From positions 806,001 to 870,000 of the forward strand of contig OX337232.1 in the NCBI GenBank assembly GCA_946965045.2: a DNA stretch of 64,000 bases, read 5' to 3'. Made by a program: the position numbers and the translations under genes. Under the pieces are notes generated by a model, which did not search any database, was not told where the DNA came from, and saw nothing but the letters and a program-made list of their open reading frames with translations. Positions 44,281-55,300 of this stretch are shown in pieces (position 1 is the stretch's first letter; every line of letters starts with the position of its first letter). Source of the stretch: Epithemia pelagica. Taxonomy: Eukaryota > Protista > Bacillariophyta.

Positions 44281-45771
44281 ATGCCGGTGAACAAAAAGAA
44301 AACAAAGACCATCCAAAAGAACAAGCAAAATGCCTCATTTTCCACCAATGACCTGGCGGTATTCCGCCAATTTGTCGACATCATGAAGCCTATGCTATCA
44401 GGAGAAGCCACCAATCGTCATAATCAAAATGACTCATCCGATGAATCCGATAGCAATTTTTCTTCATCTTACTCGGCTTCATCGGATCCTCGGGAAAATG
44501 ATCCATCACCGACACGCGTTACACGCTCCACCAAGGAATCACCCACGAACGATGAAAAGTTGTCGAAAAACAGCAGCTCCAAAGGACCTCGACGATTTAC
44601 AAGGTCAACAGCAACAAGCACCTTGACAAAACACGCTGGAACTACACATAGTTCGACAAAACGACGTTCTTTGGTGGTGAATACACGCGCAAAAAAGAAA
44701 TCCAAAGGCACAACACAATCTTCCTCAGTGGCTGCCCTCGCCCCAAATACAGACCCTCCTACAGAAATACCTCCGACGGAAAATCAGGTGATCCCAATCC
44801 AGGTGGATGGAAATTTGGACGAGGAACATTGGCATAGATTCAATCTCCGAGTTTTTGGCAATTCCTTCGGTGATGTTTCAAACTTAGGCACCACAAGCAC
44901 CTCTGCCAGTAATACAAAGTTCATGTCACGATCTCAGTTAAATCACGAGATTTACATCAAGAAACATTGGAAGACTGGTGATCCTAATGCTCAAGGTCCA
45001 GTTTACGATGGTGCACCAGATCCCAGAATACCACGAGGATTTTGTAAGCTATACCCACAAGGACGAAGTAATAAACTGCTACGAAGAGAAGTTAGAGCCA
45101 TTCGATTGGACAATGGCGCAAACGAATACGCTTTGTTTGACCGTGACCTTAGAGTTGTCGCTGCTGAAGATGTTTTTGATATAATTCGTGAGAAACACAT
45201 CGAGACAGGCCACAAGCTATCAGAAGAGACAACCTACAACGCCATAAAAAATGACTACCATAACATAACGGTTAGACAGGTCAAAGAGTTCATCAACGGA
45301 TGCCCACAGTGCATGCTCCAACGTCGACCCCAACTGCCCCACAAGGGAGCTTCTAAACCGATCAGATCATTCGCATTTCGCGATCGATACCAAGCGGACC
45401 TGATCAAAATGGACGAGGAAGGACGAACTGGTGCACGAGATATCTACGGAGTCGAGATGCACTACATTCTGTCCTGCAAGGACCACTTTTCGCAATATGT
45501 TATGCTTGCAGCTGTACCAAGCAAGAGTCCAAGATATGTTGCTCATCATTTGGGACTATTCTTTGGATTAATAGGATTCCCGGCCGTATACCAAAGTGAC
45601 AATGGTCCAGAGGTCAGTGGAAACGAAATCATTGCGATGATTTTACAGAACAATCCACATATTGACACCTGCAATGGACAACCAAGAACACCAAGGGAAC
45701 AAGGTTCGGTCGAACACAAACAAAGGGATCAGGAACACCGTCCAAGCCTTCGTGGCAGAAGAGTGGGCTAG
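44281..45771 (+). CDS. Transposase part 1: H2C2 zinc finger + retroviral-like integrase core (frameshift right after the catalytic Glu)
   Basis: HIETGH...CPQC; RYQADLIKM; KDHFSQY; YQSDNGPE; PREQGSVE, then the +1 frame gives TNKGIRNTVQAF. Confidence 0.88.
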   Translation: MPVNKKKTKTIQKNKQNASFSTNDLAVFRQFVDIMKPMLSGEATNRHNQNDSSDESDSNFSSSYSASSDPRENDPSPTRVTRSTKESPTNDEKLSKNSSSKGPRRFTRSTATSTLTKHAGTTHSSTKRRSLVVNTRAKKKSKGTTQSSSVAALAPNTDPPTEIPPTENQVIPIQVDGNLDEEHWHRFNLRVFGNSFGDVSNLGTTSTSASNTKFMSRSQLNHEIYIKKHWKTGDPNAQGPVYDGAPDPRIPRGFCKLYPQGRSNKLLRREVRAIRLDNGANEYALFDRDLRVVAAEDVFDIIREKHIETGHKLSEETTYNAIKNDYHNITVRQVKEFINGCPQCMLQRRPQLPHKGASKPIRSFAFRDRYQADLIKMDEEGRTGARDIYGVEMHYILSCKDHFSQYVMLAAVPSKSPRYVAHHLGLFFGLIGFPAVYQSDNGPEVSGNEIIAMILQNNPHIDTCNGQPRTPREQGSVEHKQRDQEHRPSLRGRRVG

Positions 45772-47494
45772 AGGCAATCATGATTGCAATTGGACAATGG
45801 TTTTAGGCAGAACAATGAGTGCTCTGAATGGTGCCTCCAGACGTACCACATCGAAAGCGTTTTCGTCTTATGAGACTGTGTTTGGAACCAAATTTTTTGC
45901 ACCTACGACTGAGGTGCGTGGATACTTTAAAAATGAACTTGGAAGAGGAAGGACTGCGGTAGAAAGGTGTCTTAACTCTGGTAGCCAGGCTCTGACAGAG
46001 AAGTATGCAATAATGGGTGAGCTTACACGAGAGGACATTCCCCAGCTTCGGGATCTTGCCACTCCACGAGTAATTTATCTCATGGACCTCTACCAACGGA
46101 CACATGATGAAGGTCCAGATGCCAAGTTTATGACGGCTCAAAAATCCCATTGGTCTCTTGTCCCACCAGAACTACGGCCATTTCACCTCCCACAAGATGT
46201 TGACAATGAGGGAGAGCCAAATGTGTTACAGCGATCTCACGAGCCATCTCATCTTCCAGACACGACCATTGTTCCTCCCGAATTCTTGCCAATCGAGCCA
46301 CCAAATGGCACACAACAAGGTGGGAAACCGAGCAGCATTGACGAAACAGACAAATTGTGCCCTGATGATGAATGCAAACCGAGTGCACTCGATTTGTCCC
46401 TTGTATGTAAACAAGTTGTTCCTCATGGGGACGCCATGGATCAGGATGGAAACATGAAGCCTAGTAAAATAGAGAATGCTTTGATGCTTCGGGAGGTGAA
46501 GCTCAAAAACCTCAAACGGGTGCAAGGAATCGGGAACAAAAAGAAGAAAACCTCGTTCCAAGAGGTGGAAAAACAAGGTGATGGACCCATGCTACAAGTC
46601 CACAAAACAGTGCCCAAAGTGGACAAGGCAAAGCCACAACTCAACAAGCTGGATCAACAAGTGGACAAGTCGGTAGACAAATTTAAAGAATCTGTGGACA
46701 CGTCCTTACAACAAGCCATCAAGTCGATGCAAGAAGGAGGCAAGTCGTCGCAGCAAGCCAACAAGTCGATGCAAAGGGAGGACAAGTCGGTGCAAAAAAT
46801 CAACAAGTCGATGCAAAACGCTGACAAATCGTTGCAAATGGGGGACAAGTCCATGCAAAAAACCGACAAGTCGATGCAAAATGATGACAAATCGTTGCGA
46901 CCGGAGGACAAGTCCGTGTAAAAAACCGACAAGTCGATGCAAAATGATGACAAATCATTGCGACCAGTGGACAAGTCCATGCAAAAAACCAACAGTGCAA
47001 AAACCAACAAGTCGATGCAAAATGATGACAACTCATTGCGACCGGTGGACAAGTCCGTGGAAAAAACCAACAAGTCAATGCAACAGGTCAACGAGTCATT
47101 ACAAAAGGGGGACAGGTCCTCGCAACGTGTCTCAATGCAAGAAGAAGTGGACAACCTCCCATTGCCACCATTGGACATTTTCGTGCACAAATTTAACAAA
47201 CCGATGCAAAATTTCGACAAATCGATACAAAAAATAGACAAATCAATGCAACAAGTTGGCAAGTCGATGCATTTCAAGACCAACATTGAGGAACCAATTA
47301 CAGAATCAGATCAAGAAGTAATGATTGTTGATGGTCCCGTCGGGAAGGATATTAAGGAACGCCCTCAGATGAGCGAGCGTAATCCATTGCTCACAACGGT
47401 ACTAGATGTGCTTACAAATCAGAGGACTACAAGAAGGCACATTCCAAGGACAAAATCGTACAGGTTCGAAGGGAATGTATTTCTTGTCCTTTGA
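45662..47494 (+). CDS. Transposase part 2: integrase C-terminus + linker of 7-aa repeats (in-frame TAA at 46919-46921)
   Basis: NWTMVLGRTMSALN...SSYETVFG; about 20 imperfect [DN]KS[MV]QxX units encoded by 21-nt repeats at ~46660-47280. Confidence 0.75.
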
Positions 47495-48408
47495 TGGCAC
47501 ACCAAGATCATGTATCACTTGATATTCCATCAAAGCATTGCCTTCGTCATTATTTTGGTCCTTCCTCAACTGCCTGCTGGTTGCCCGACATTCTGATCCA
47601 TTCTTTCGGTTTGCTATGTACTCATAGAAACCACCACGACAACATGATTTTCTACGATGTTGCCCAGAATGTGAGCGCAAAAGATATGGAGTCTTTAAAA
47701 GATGCTGTTGGGAGACCCTCAAGTCTCCTTCAAGACAATCCCAAAGTCAATGAAATAATTGTATTGGCAACTGGGAATAGACACTTCATTGTACTCCAAC
47801 TTTTGGTTGAGCAGAAACATTGTGTCGTATACGATGGAATGCGAACAACAAATATGAGGGGATGGTCTGATGTCACCAAAATGTTATTTTGGAAGTTTGG
47901 CATCCACAAGATGTCGAACATGGATGCTGTGTCTGTCGTTGAAAAACTGGACACATTGGCTCCAAATAGAAATTGGAGCATCTCACAGGACCCCAAGATT
48001 TGTGGTTTACAACGCAATAGTCACTCTTGTGGCCCCAAAGCTATGCTCATCATTGCAAGTCTTTTTCACACAGCCAAGGATAAGGGAAGCATGCATCTCT
48101 CTCAATTTCATCCTGGAAACATGAACAAACAACAGTGGCGAGAAAATGTCTCGAATCTTTTCAAGACATATATCGGTTTTGCATGGGGGAATCTATATTC
48201 CCAAAAGATTATTCCACTGGAACAGCGAAGGAATGTCTACGACTTCCATGTGGGGGAACAATGCAACAACTTTTTGGATGAAAAAAGCATTACCCGCAAG
48301 AAAGCGCCTTCCAATTCTGAACAACCTTCCAATTCTGAAGCCCCCACAGAAGATCAGAGCACCACTGTTCCCCTCCGTCGCTCTGCTCGCAATCTTTCGA
48401 AAAGGTGA
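47491..48408 (+). CDS. Transposase part 3: Ulp1/C48-like cysteine protease domain
   Basis: NRHFIVL (His), VVYDG (Asp), LQRNSHSCG (Gln/Cys) in Ulp1 order. Confidence 0.78.
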   Translation: MMAHQDHVSLDIPSKHCLRHYFGPSSTACWLPDILIHSFGLLCTHRNHHDNMIFYDVAQNVSAKDMESLKDAVGRPSSLLQDNPKVNEIIVLATGNRHFIVLQLLVEQKHCVVYDGMRTTNMRGWSDVTKMLFWKFGIHKMSNMDAVSVVEKLDTLAPNRNWSISQDPKICGLQRNSHSCGPKAMLIIASLFHTAKDKGSMHLSQFHPGNMNKQQWRENVSNLFKTYIGFAWGNLYSQKIIPLEQRRNVYDFHVGEQCNNFLDEKSITRKKAPSNSEQPSNSEAPTEDQSTTVPLRRSARNLSKR

Positions 48409-48462
48409 GTATCGTTGTTCAGACCCTTAATCATACATAAATAATAGTTCGTTCTGATCAAG

Positions 48463-49177
48463 AGGAAGTGATGATTTTGAGATTGTGGATGATGTACAGC
48501 TACGTATGGAAGAACGCAACTCGAAGACTGAGCAAAGGCGTAATGATCAGTCTTACCAGGCTAGCAAAATGATCCGTATGAACCAAAGGCCGGGGTTTTC
48601 AATTAACATCGGAGACCCAGTGGCTTTTTTCCCCGATGGAAGAGACAGAGCAACCCGCTCAAGGCTAGGTATTCATTGCCTTGTCATTGGAGTTTCTAGA
48701 GGAAGCTATCCTTCTATAAGAGTAATGATCCCAGAAGGAATTATTGGAGACAAGAAATCGAGAACGTCAACTTGGTTCCCACATGACAGATATAATGTGA
48801 TGCATCCGTCATCTCCCTTGGGAACAGAACGTAGGAAAATACAGACTCAGATTTTGAATCAGACCTTTGATTCTAGAAGCTACCCTATAATTTCTGTACG
48901 AGGAGCACATAGAGTGACATATAGCAGTCAACGATCAATCAAGAAGAAACAACCTATGCTACAAAATCGAAAAGTAAAATGCAGTTGTAAAAGACTTGGA
49001 ATACAATGTTCCACAGATAATTGCGGATGTCGAAAAGCGGGGGTCGTGTGTTCACATCACTGCAAATGTCTTGATGGCCAATGCATGAACAGGCGAATTC
49101 ATGGGACAATATTGCCTGGCAATGATCCGAATTCCATGACAGGGAGTGACGTTCCAAAGAACCGCCCCACAGTATGA
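48463..49177 (+). CDS. Transposase final exon with a C-terminal CXC/tesmin-like Cys cluster (intron 48405-48462)
   Basis: GTGAGT donor at 48405 and CAAG acceptor at 48462 splice in frame (KR-GSDDFEIV); KCSCKRLGIQCSTDNCGCRKAGVVCSHHCKCLDGQCMN. Confidence 0.78.
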
Positions 49178-50904
49178 TTGCTGCTTCCATCATGAGATTT
49201 TGAACGTTCATGTCGAAATGTGCCATGGCGCACAACCCTTCCGTCACACAATATGGTTATGCCATGTGTAAGTTTGATAACCAGACCATTGTACGAACGG
49301 CCATTGACTCGGAGAAAAATATCTGGAAATACAAAGTACCAATCTGTAGTGGAATGTGGCGTAGTCTCTGCAAATGTAACAATACACACACTGGCATCGT
49401 TGACATCAACGTGTGACGCATTTTCCAAATCAACACTAATCGCAATGTTAGAAGAAAATCCATTCGCACCACCAAATTCCTCAGGAATTGTAATGCCAGA
49501 TTGCTTACGCAAACTCTGAAAAAGAGATCGCACACCTGGGTATTGTTGGTCAGCCAATTCAGCAACTCCAAGACATACGGACTTGACATAATCTTTTAGC
49601 TTTTTGTTGTCTGGCAATGAAATACACTTGTTCGTCCGTTTATAGCAATCAAACATGACACCATACCCATTCATTTGTCCATAATCACCTGCATTCCGAC
49701 GCGCATTCCCACGTGATGATAATGTCGTATCTCTAACGACCTCGTTCAAAGCTAGTGACAAGTCTTGGTACAAGTTGTCGGAAGACTTCAAGAAAGATAC
49801 GACAATGTTTGATTGGCCTGTTGGGCGTTTATTTGCATCCAATGTTGTGGTCTGAAAGGCATAAATCATTCTCTCTTTTGAACGTGGATCGTGTACATAG
49901 GCTGTGGAATCGTGCAAATTCTGATAAAGAGCTTGAGGAACATAACGATGACATCGGACCTTGTTGGAACGTGACCGTTCAAATCGGGCCCGATTAAAAA
50001 GACGTCTGTTACATACTCCTGTAATAATGTTAGTACCAAAATAATCAGGAGGGAGCAAAGGAGTGTCGTCATCAGCGTCATGAAACTGAATACTGTGAAC
50101 AACCTTGGGATTCTTCATGCCCGTGATGTGATTGACCGTCCACACTTGGTTGATTTTCTTGATAAAGCTTCCCAATGCAGGCTGGCCTGTTTTGTAAACT
50201 ATCCGGAGCCACGAAATTGGCAGAGGTACAAGGGATGAAGTAGTGATTGTGCTCCCAATACCACTCTGTACCTCACTGAAAATTCTCGTCGGATCAGAAA
50301 CAAAGGCAGAAGTCCAAAAAACAGATGTGTACGGGAATATGATAATAAGTGTACGGAAAATATCGTCGAACTGATCGGAACAGAGTTCTCTGGAGGTACG
50401 GGTTCTATGAACCAATTCGTAATAGGGGGACTCATCTGGAATGCGTGGCTTTTTGTGTGTCCGGGACAATACACAGTCAACCAAGAAGGCATCATGCAAT
50501 TCATGAGTCAATTGCAGGGATACAGCTTCTTGAATTCGGAGAGAATGTTGACCTGGTATGGAGCTGGATGTTGATTGTAAATCAGATAGAGCCTGCCGAA
50601 TATGGGGAATCAAGATGATGGGGATATCAGGTACAGATGATCTGACAGATGGGTGTGGAAAATGCTGGTTCAGTTGTTGTGTGCATTGACGCACAAAGAT
50701 GACTTGGAGGAAGGATGGTAGACAGAGGGATACCATCTCTGTCAGAAGAAGATTGAAATTGTCCGTGTCAAAACAAAACAGTTCACGTTTGACAGGGTTG
50801 CGAACACTCTGGTACACATGAATGATTCCTGGAGGGCGGTTTATTCGGTTGGGGTTTCTCGTATGTTTGATCAAAGGCTTCGTCTTCTTGTTAGCCTGAG
50901 ACAT
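49099..50904 (-). CDS. TET/JBP-like Fe(II) dioxygenase, cargo of copy B (601 aa, intact)
   Basis: GDYGQMNGYG...NASHVDVNDAS...WYFVFP...LTHGITILCDGRVVRHGT; clear paralogue of 40787-42583. Confidence 0.72.
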   Translation of the reverse strand: MSQANKKTKPLIKHTRNPNRINRPPGIIHVYQSVRNPVKRELFCFDTDNFNLLLTEMVSLCLPSFLQVIFVRQCTQQLNQHFPHPSVRSSVPDIPIILIPHIRQALSDLQSTSSSIPGQHSLRIQEAVSLQLTHELHDAFLVDCVLSRTHKKPRIPDESPYYELVHRTRTSRELCSDQFDDIFRTLIIIFPYTSVFWTSAFVSDPTRIFSEVQSGIGSTITTSSLVPLPISWLRIVYKTGQPALGSFIKKINQVWTVNHITGMKNPKVVHSIQFHDADDDTPLLPPDYFGTNIITGVCNRRLFNRARFERSRSNKVRCHRYVPQALYQNLHDSTAYVHDPRSKERMIYAFQTTTLDANKRPTGQSNIVVSFLKSSDNLYQDLSLALNEVVRDTTLSSRGNARRNAGDYGQMNGYGVMFDCYKRTNKCISLPDNKKLKDYVKSVCLGVAELADQQYPGVRSLFQSLRKQSGITIPEEFGGANGFSSNIAISVDLENASHVDVNDASVCIVTFAETTPHSTTDWYFVFPDIFLRVNGRSYNGLVIKLTHGITILCDGRVVRHGTFRHERSKSHDGSSNHTVGRFFGTSLPVMEFGSLPGNIVP

Positions 50905-51950
50905 GGTTGATTGTTCTGGAAGCAGCAATGGATGGAAAAGGAGTAGTGTCGCTGTGAGGGATAACATATGGGATGTTGAACGATGAGGATGTTGGATGAA
51001 GATCTAGGGGTTGACGTAATCCGTGACTGAACCCGACAAATCAAATGGTCGCAGAAACATACAATCATTTGTTCCGACAAATGATTGCATTGCATTCAAA
51101 TGTCTTTTGCACTCAAATGACGTGTAACAGATCCGCCAGTTCTGCCCTTCCAACAACACCACCCTTATATGCGAACCGCCCGCTTAGGGGGTATGTTATC
51201 GGGCGCGCGGAGCATGTGCGGAGCATGATATGGGCGGAGAAAGGCCAATCCAACCCGGATATAAAGCTTTCCTCCGCAAAATTTACATGCGGAGTGCGGG
51301 TGGAGCAAGGTTGGAAGCAAAATCACGCGCCCACACCCACACCCCACACACCACACACTCAATGCGTCGAACAGTCGAAGTCTTCCGATGATGGATTTAT
51401 CATGGACAAAAGAGACGACAGAGTCTATCTAGGCACTAGTATTGTAGACAAGTACATATAGTTGGTCAACTGTTGCTGCCTTGGTCTTTCGGAGTCTTTT
51501 CCATCCACCAGGAGGTTGTGTTTCCATAGAGCATGGAAATTGACGTGTCTTTCCATCATGAGCTCGTAGGGCCAACAGAACAACTGGTGAAATATACAAT
51601 TGTACCTGTCATGTGGGAACCAAGTGGATGTTCTGGCTTTCTTGTCCCCAATAATCCCCTCAGGGATTATTACTCTCACGGATGGGTAGCTTCCTCTAGA
51701 AACCCCAATAACAATACACTGAATACCTAGTCTTACTACGTCAGTCAAAGTTCGTAAGACAACGACATACCTGCGTTTCGGTGGTTCTGGCAAGGTCTAG
51801 ATCTGTTGGATCTGACATGACATGGTTTTGATGATGCTGGACTTTGGTGCAATCCGATTAATGAAGTGAAAAGGGTATCCCCTACTCCCTAGCGCTAACG
51901 CATGCTACCCCTAAAGTGCCGAGATCTGTTACTCAACATTTGGAGCAAAA

Positions 51951-52190
51951 TGAATAAAAACTGACGGCCAGACGCAATATACGGCTTGCAACAATCAAAT
52001 TATCAGAAATTATGGTAACTAAACTAGGGGTGCCCTTTGGGGGCAAATCGCTCACGTAGGGGCCAAACAGCGACCACGGTACCCACTAGCGAATACGCAA
52101 CTAGGGGCCGGGCGATGCCAGGCGATGCGTAGCGAGGCATGGCGAGGCCCTTCGTAGGTTACAAAGGGGGCGCCCGTGATTATTTATTCA
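51951..52190 (-). repeat. 3' LTR
   Basis: Two mismatches versus 58965-59204. Confidence 0.96.
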
Positions 52191-52314
52191 GTCCCCGCGA
52201 ACAAAATCGGGGTGGGCAACTTCGTTTAGTTCGTCATGTCAGCAGAGGCCGGTCCAGTACGTCGGACTATTCTTCAAAAGGGGCGATTCCATTTTGGATC
52301 TAAAAAGGGGTCTG

Positions 52315-55300
52315 CTACCACATGATACGTTGGGCCAGGAATCGCAATCGAGGTCCGGGTAGCAGTTTGGTTAGGATATCGGCAAGATTCGTTTCACCTT
52401 CTTCCCATGCAATGCGCACAAGTCCAGCAGCTTGCGCTTCACGAGTCCGATGATAAGCAATTGCGTTGTGCTTCTTCTTTAGGACTGATTTCGGCTGCGT
52501 CGAGTTCTTAAACACAGATTCATTGTCGCAAAACACATTCGTCTCTCCATCCAACGGGATACCCATCATTCGCAACTTATAACGAAATGCTTCAATCATT
52601 TCAATGGCAGTTTTCATCGCCACGAACTCACTGCCAAATGTAGACGTCTCAACAGTGTTTTGTCGTTTTGAATACCACATGATCGGTGCTCGTTGCAAGA
52701 ACAGTAGGACTCCTGTTTGAGAGCGCCGTGTGACACGACATCCAGCATGATCAGCATCGACAAAGCAAGTCGTGGTGACAGCGTTTCCACGCGGTGCTGG
52801 TGCGTTTGGCGGAATCGGCTCGGCAGCATCAGGATAATACTCAGACCAATCCGGTCGGGTAAAACGTGACTCGTCGAAGTCAGGGGTTGTGTCGTCGAAC
52901 ACAATGGCGGATTTATCGTACTTCTTCAGATACGCGAAGATGTGCAACGTTTGCTCGAGATGTCCTTCTCGTGGATTCGCCATAAAACGGGACATATGGG
53001 AGACTGCGGTTGTAATGTCGATACGACAGAGTTCAACAATCCAACGGAGAATACCGATCAGTCCTTGGTAATAGTTCGCACGTCTTGCGTCAAGTTCAGG
53101 AGTCGCATCCAATTCCGGGCGATATCCATCGGCGATCGGCGTCGTCACTTTTGACTTCAGCTTTTCTCCGGATTTCTCCAGTTCCGTTTCGACTTCGGCA
53201 AGAGCACGCTTACAATACTTGTCAGCGGACATGGCCCAACGATCACGGTTCGACGGATCTTGCGTGTCGGGTATGGTATAACGCCGTATTTCGGATCCCA
53301 AGTATTCGTCTGGCGGTTTGATACTGTCGGGCTTGATCGTATAGCGCCTCTGCAGGTCCTGCATCACGGTTTTGGGATCATGACTAACAATCAGCAGATC
53401 ATCAATATAGACCAAAACATACTCGTAATACTGGAACCCATCAGATGGTCGAGTGTTCGCTCGAAGCCATACATCCGGATCAGCTTGACACATCTTAAAA
53501 CCCATATCGCGGAGCGTTGCGGCGATGTGATCACGCCACCTTGCGGCAGAACTTTTGAGACCATATAATGCGCGCACTATCAGTGCAGGTTGTCCAACCT
53601 TATCTGGTCCAAATTCGAGTCCCGCGGTGGTATAGGTCTTCTCTTTAGTTGGTGCGTTGAGATATGCGTTTTGCACGTCCCCGACGAGAACATCTAGACC
53701 ATTTAGTGCAGCGATAGTAAAAGCAATGCGTACGCTATCGCGAGATACCACACTAGAATAGGTCGATTCTTTGGGTGGATCAGTTTTGTGGCCTCCGGCC
53801 ACTAACCGTGCTTTTTGTCGCAGGTCTGATTTGATATCAAAAACCATATGACAGGGAAAATGCTTGTATCCAGAAGCCACTTCGCCATCAGCTGGAAATT
53901 CGAAAGCAATGCCAACGTTCTTCATTTCTTTCTCAATGGCCTTGCGCCAGAAGTCAGTCCCCGTTCGGCGGTCAATCGCCAGGGCTTCTTCTACAGAGTG
54001 GGGCAACTCAATGCCATACTTGTGCGTTCGCTTCCAATAACGTGACTTTACCTTTTTGATAATGCGGTCTCGTTTGCGAAGTGCACGTGGCACCCACCAT
54101 GCGAACGCAGGCTCTTTTGCGATGCCAGTGGATACTGCGTATTCGGCGGTTTCAATCATATTTCCATTCTTGACGTCTTTGAGCGGTAGCCAAACAGTCG
54201 ATTGATCGGACAGTTCATATTGCAATTCCCAGCCTTTCTTTGTGTGGTGTGATGTGCCGTCAAGGAAGGATGCGTCTGTTCGCTTAACTGCGGTCTCATC
54301 ACTGCGGTGACCCACAATGGCTTTCAATGTGTTGAACGCATTGCCCTCCGGGTCAACTTGCGAATACAGATTCTCTGCGATCATATTGGTTGCATACGAC
54401 TCGACCGATCCATCCGGAAACTGTACGTCGTAGTACCGGGTATCAAGGATTGGGTTTGCGTCGCGCTGACCAATAGGTCGCCCATGAGCATCTTTCGTGC
54501 GTCCAATGATTTTTGCTCGAGCGCTTTCACCTCCTCGCGGCAGCATGACTTCAGCGGTGAGATATTCGTCTAGTTCCTCCGGCGTGTACGCGTCGGATTC
54601 CAGGGCTTCGGCCTCTGGGAACAAGGGCTCTAGAAGTTCACCTTTGTCAAAGAGGTCTGGGGGTGGATCGCTCCCAGTTGTGCCATCAGATGGCGGCTTT
54701 TTCATTTGCGTTTGAATAGCGGCATCATAGTCCAACAACTGCTGATGAATCGTCGGATTCTTCAGGTCGTCTTCCGGAATGGCCCACACATCTTTCTGTG
54801 TGACATGATTGCCCTCCAGCGTTAGGATTTCATAGGCCATATCATCGGTGCAATCATCGGCTAAGCCCAACCATTGGCCAATCAGTCTTTTTTCGAAGGG
54901 AAACTGTGCCATGGGCATGCGATAATACACCGGCTGATAGAATTGGAACATGGCTAATGGAGAGATGTCTGGCGTTGAGCCAATAACATGCTCGAACGGT
55001 GTACGTCCATCTAATTCAGGGATTTCGGATGCCGTGAGTTGCCGTACGTGCGAGCACCATTTAAGAGCATAGCTCCATAAACGTCGTGGTGCGCCGGTCG
55101 TCCTCATAATTTTGACAACTCCCTTTTTTAGTTCACGAATGCTCGCTTCGGCAGCGTTCTGCCATGGACTTTTAGGAACCGTTTTCTCCATCTTTATGCG
55201 GTACTTGTTGCATATTTCACGGGACTTCCCTAGGAACAATTCTCGGGCACCATCAGATACCATTGTTTGGGGAATCCCTACATTGTGAATCAAAGACATC

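Larger units (their letters stand above)
43210..51129 (+). mobile_element. Ginger-like DNA transposon copy B, full length (7920 bp)
   Basis: Imperfect TIRs TGTTACTCAACATTTGGAGCAAAA and reverse-complement TGTTACACGTCATTTGAGTGCAAAA. GATC flanks both ends (43206-43209, 51130-51133). Integrase-type DDE transposase inside. Confidence 0.9.

Noticed and set aside
46660-47280. CRISPR-like array
   Set aside because: Contiguous degenerate coding repeats with no unique spacers, no cas genes, and a eukaryotic context.
46654-47286. Antisense Cys-rich CIDL-repeat ORFs (also 62626-63255)
   Set aside because: Shadow ORFs of the 21-nt repeat on the opposite strand.
40551-51129. One 10.6-kb element with 2.4-kb terminal inverted repeats
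   Set aside because: The arms are diverged and the flanks (TGTC vs GATC) are not a TSD. Copy B has its own left TIR and GATC TSD at 43206-43210, so these are two separate copies.
51134-51598. GC-rich right flank of Ginger B as a separate element or gene
   Set aside because: No recognisable termini or protein motif; ORF 51425-51793 is a chimera across the duplication breakpoint.
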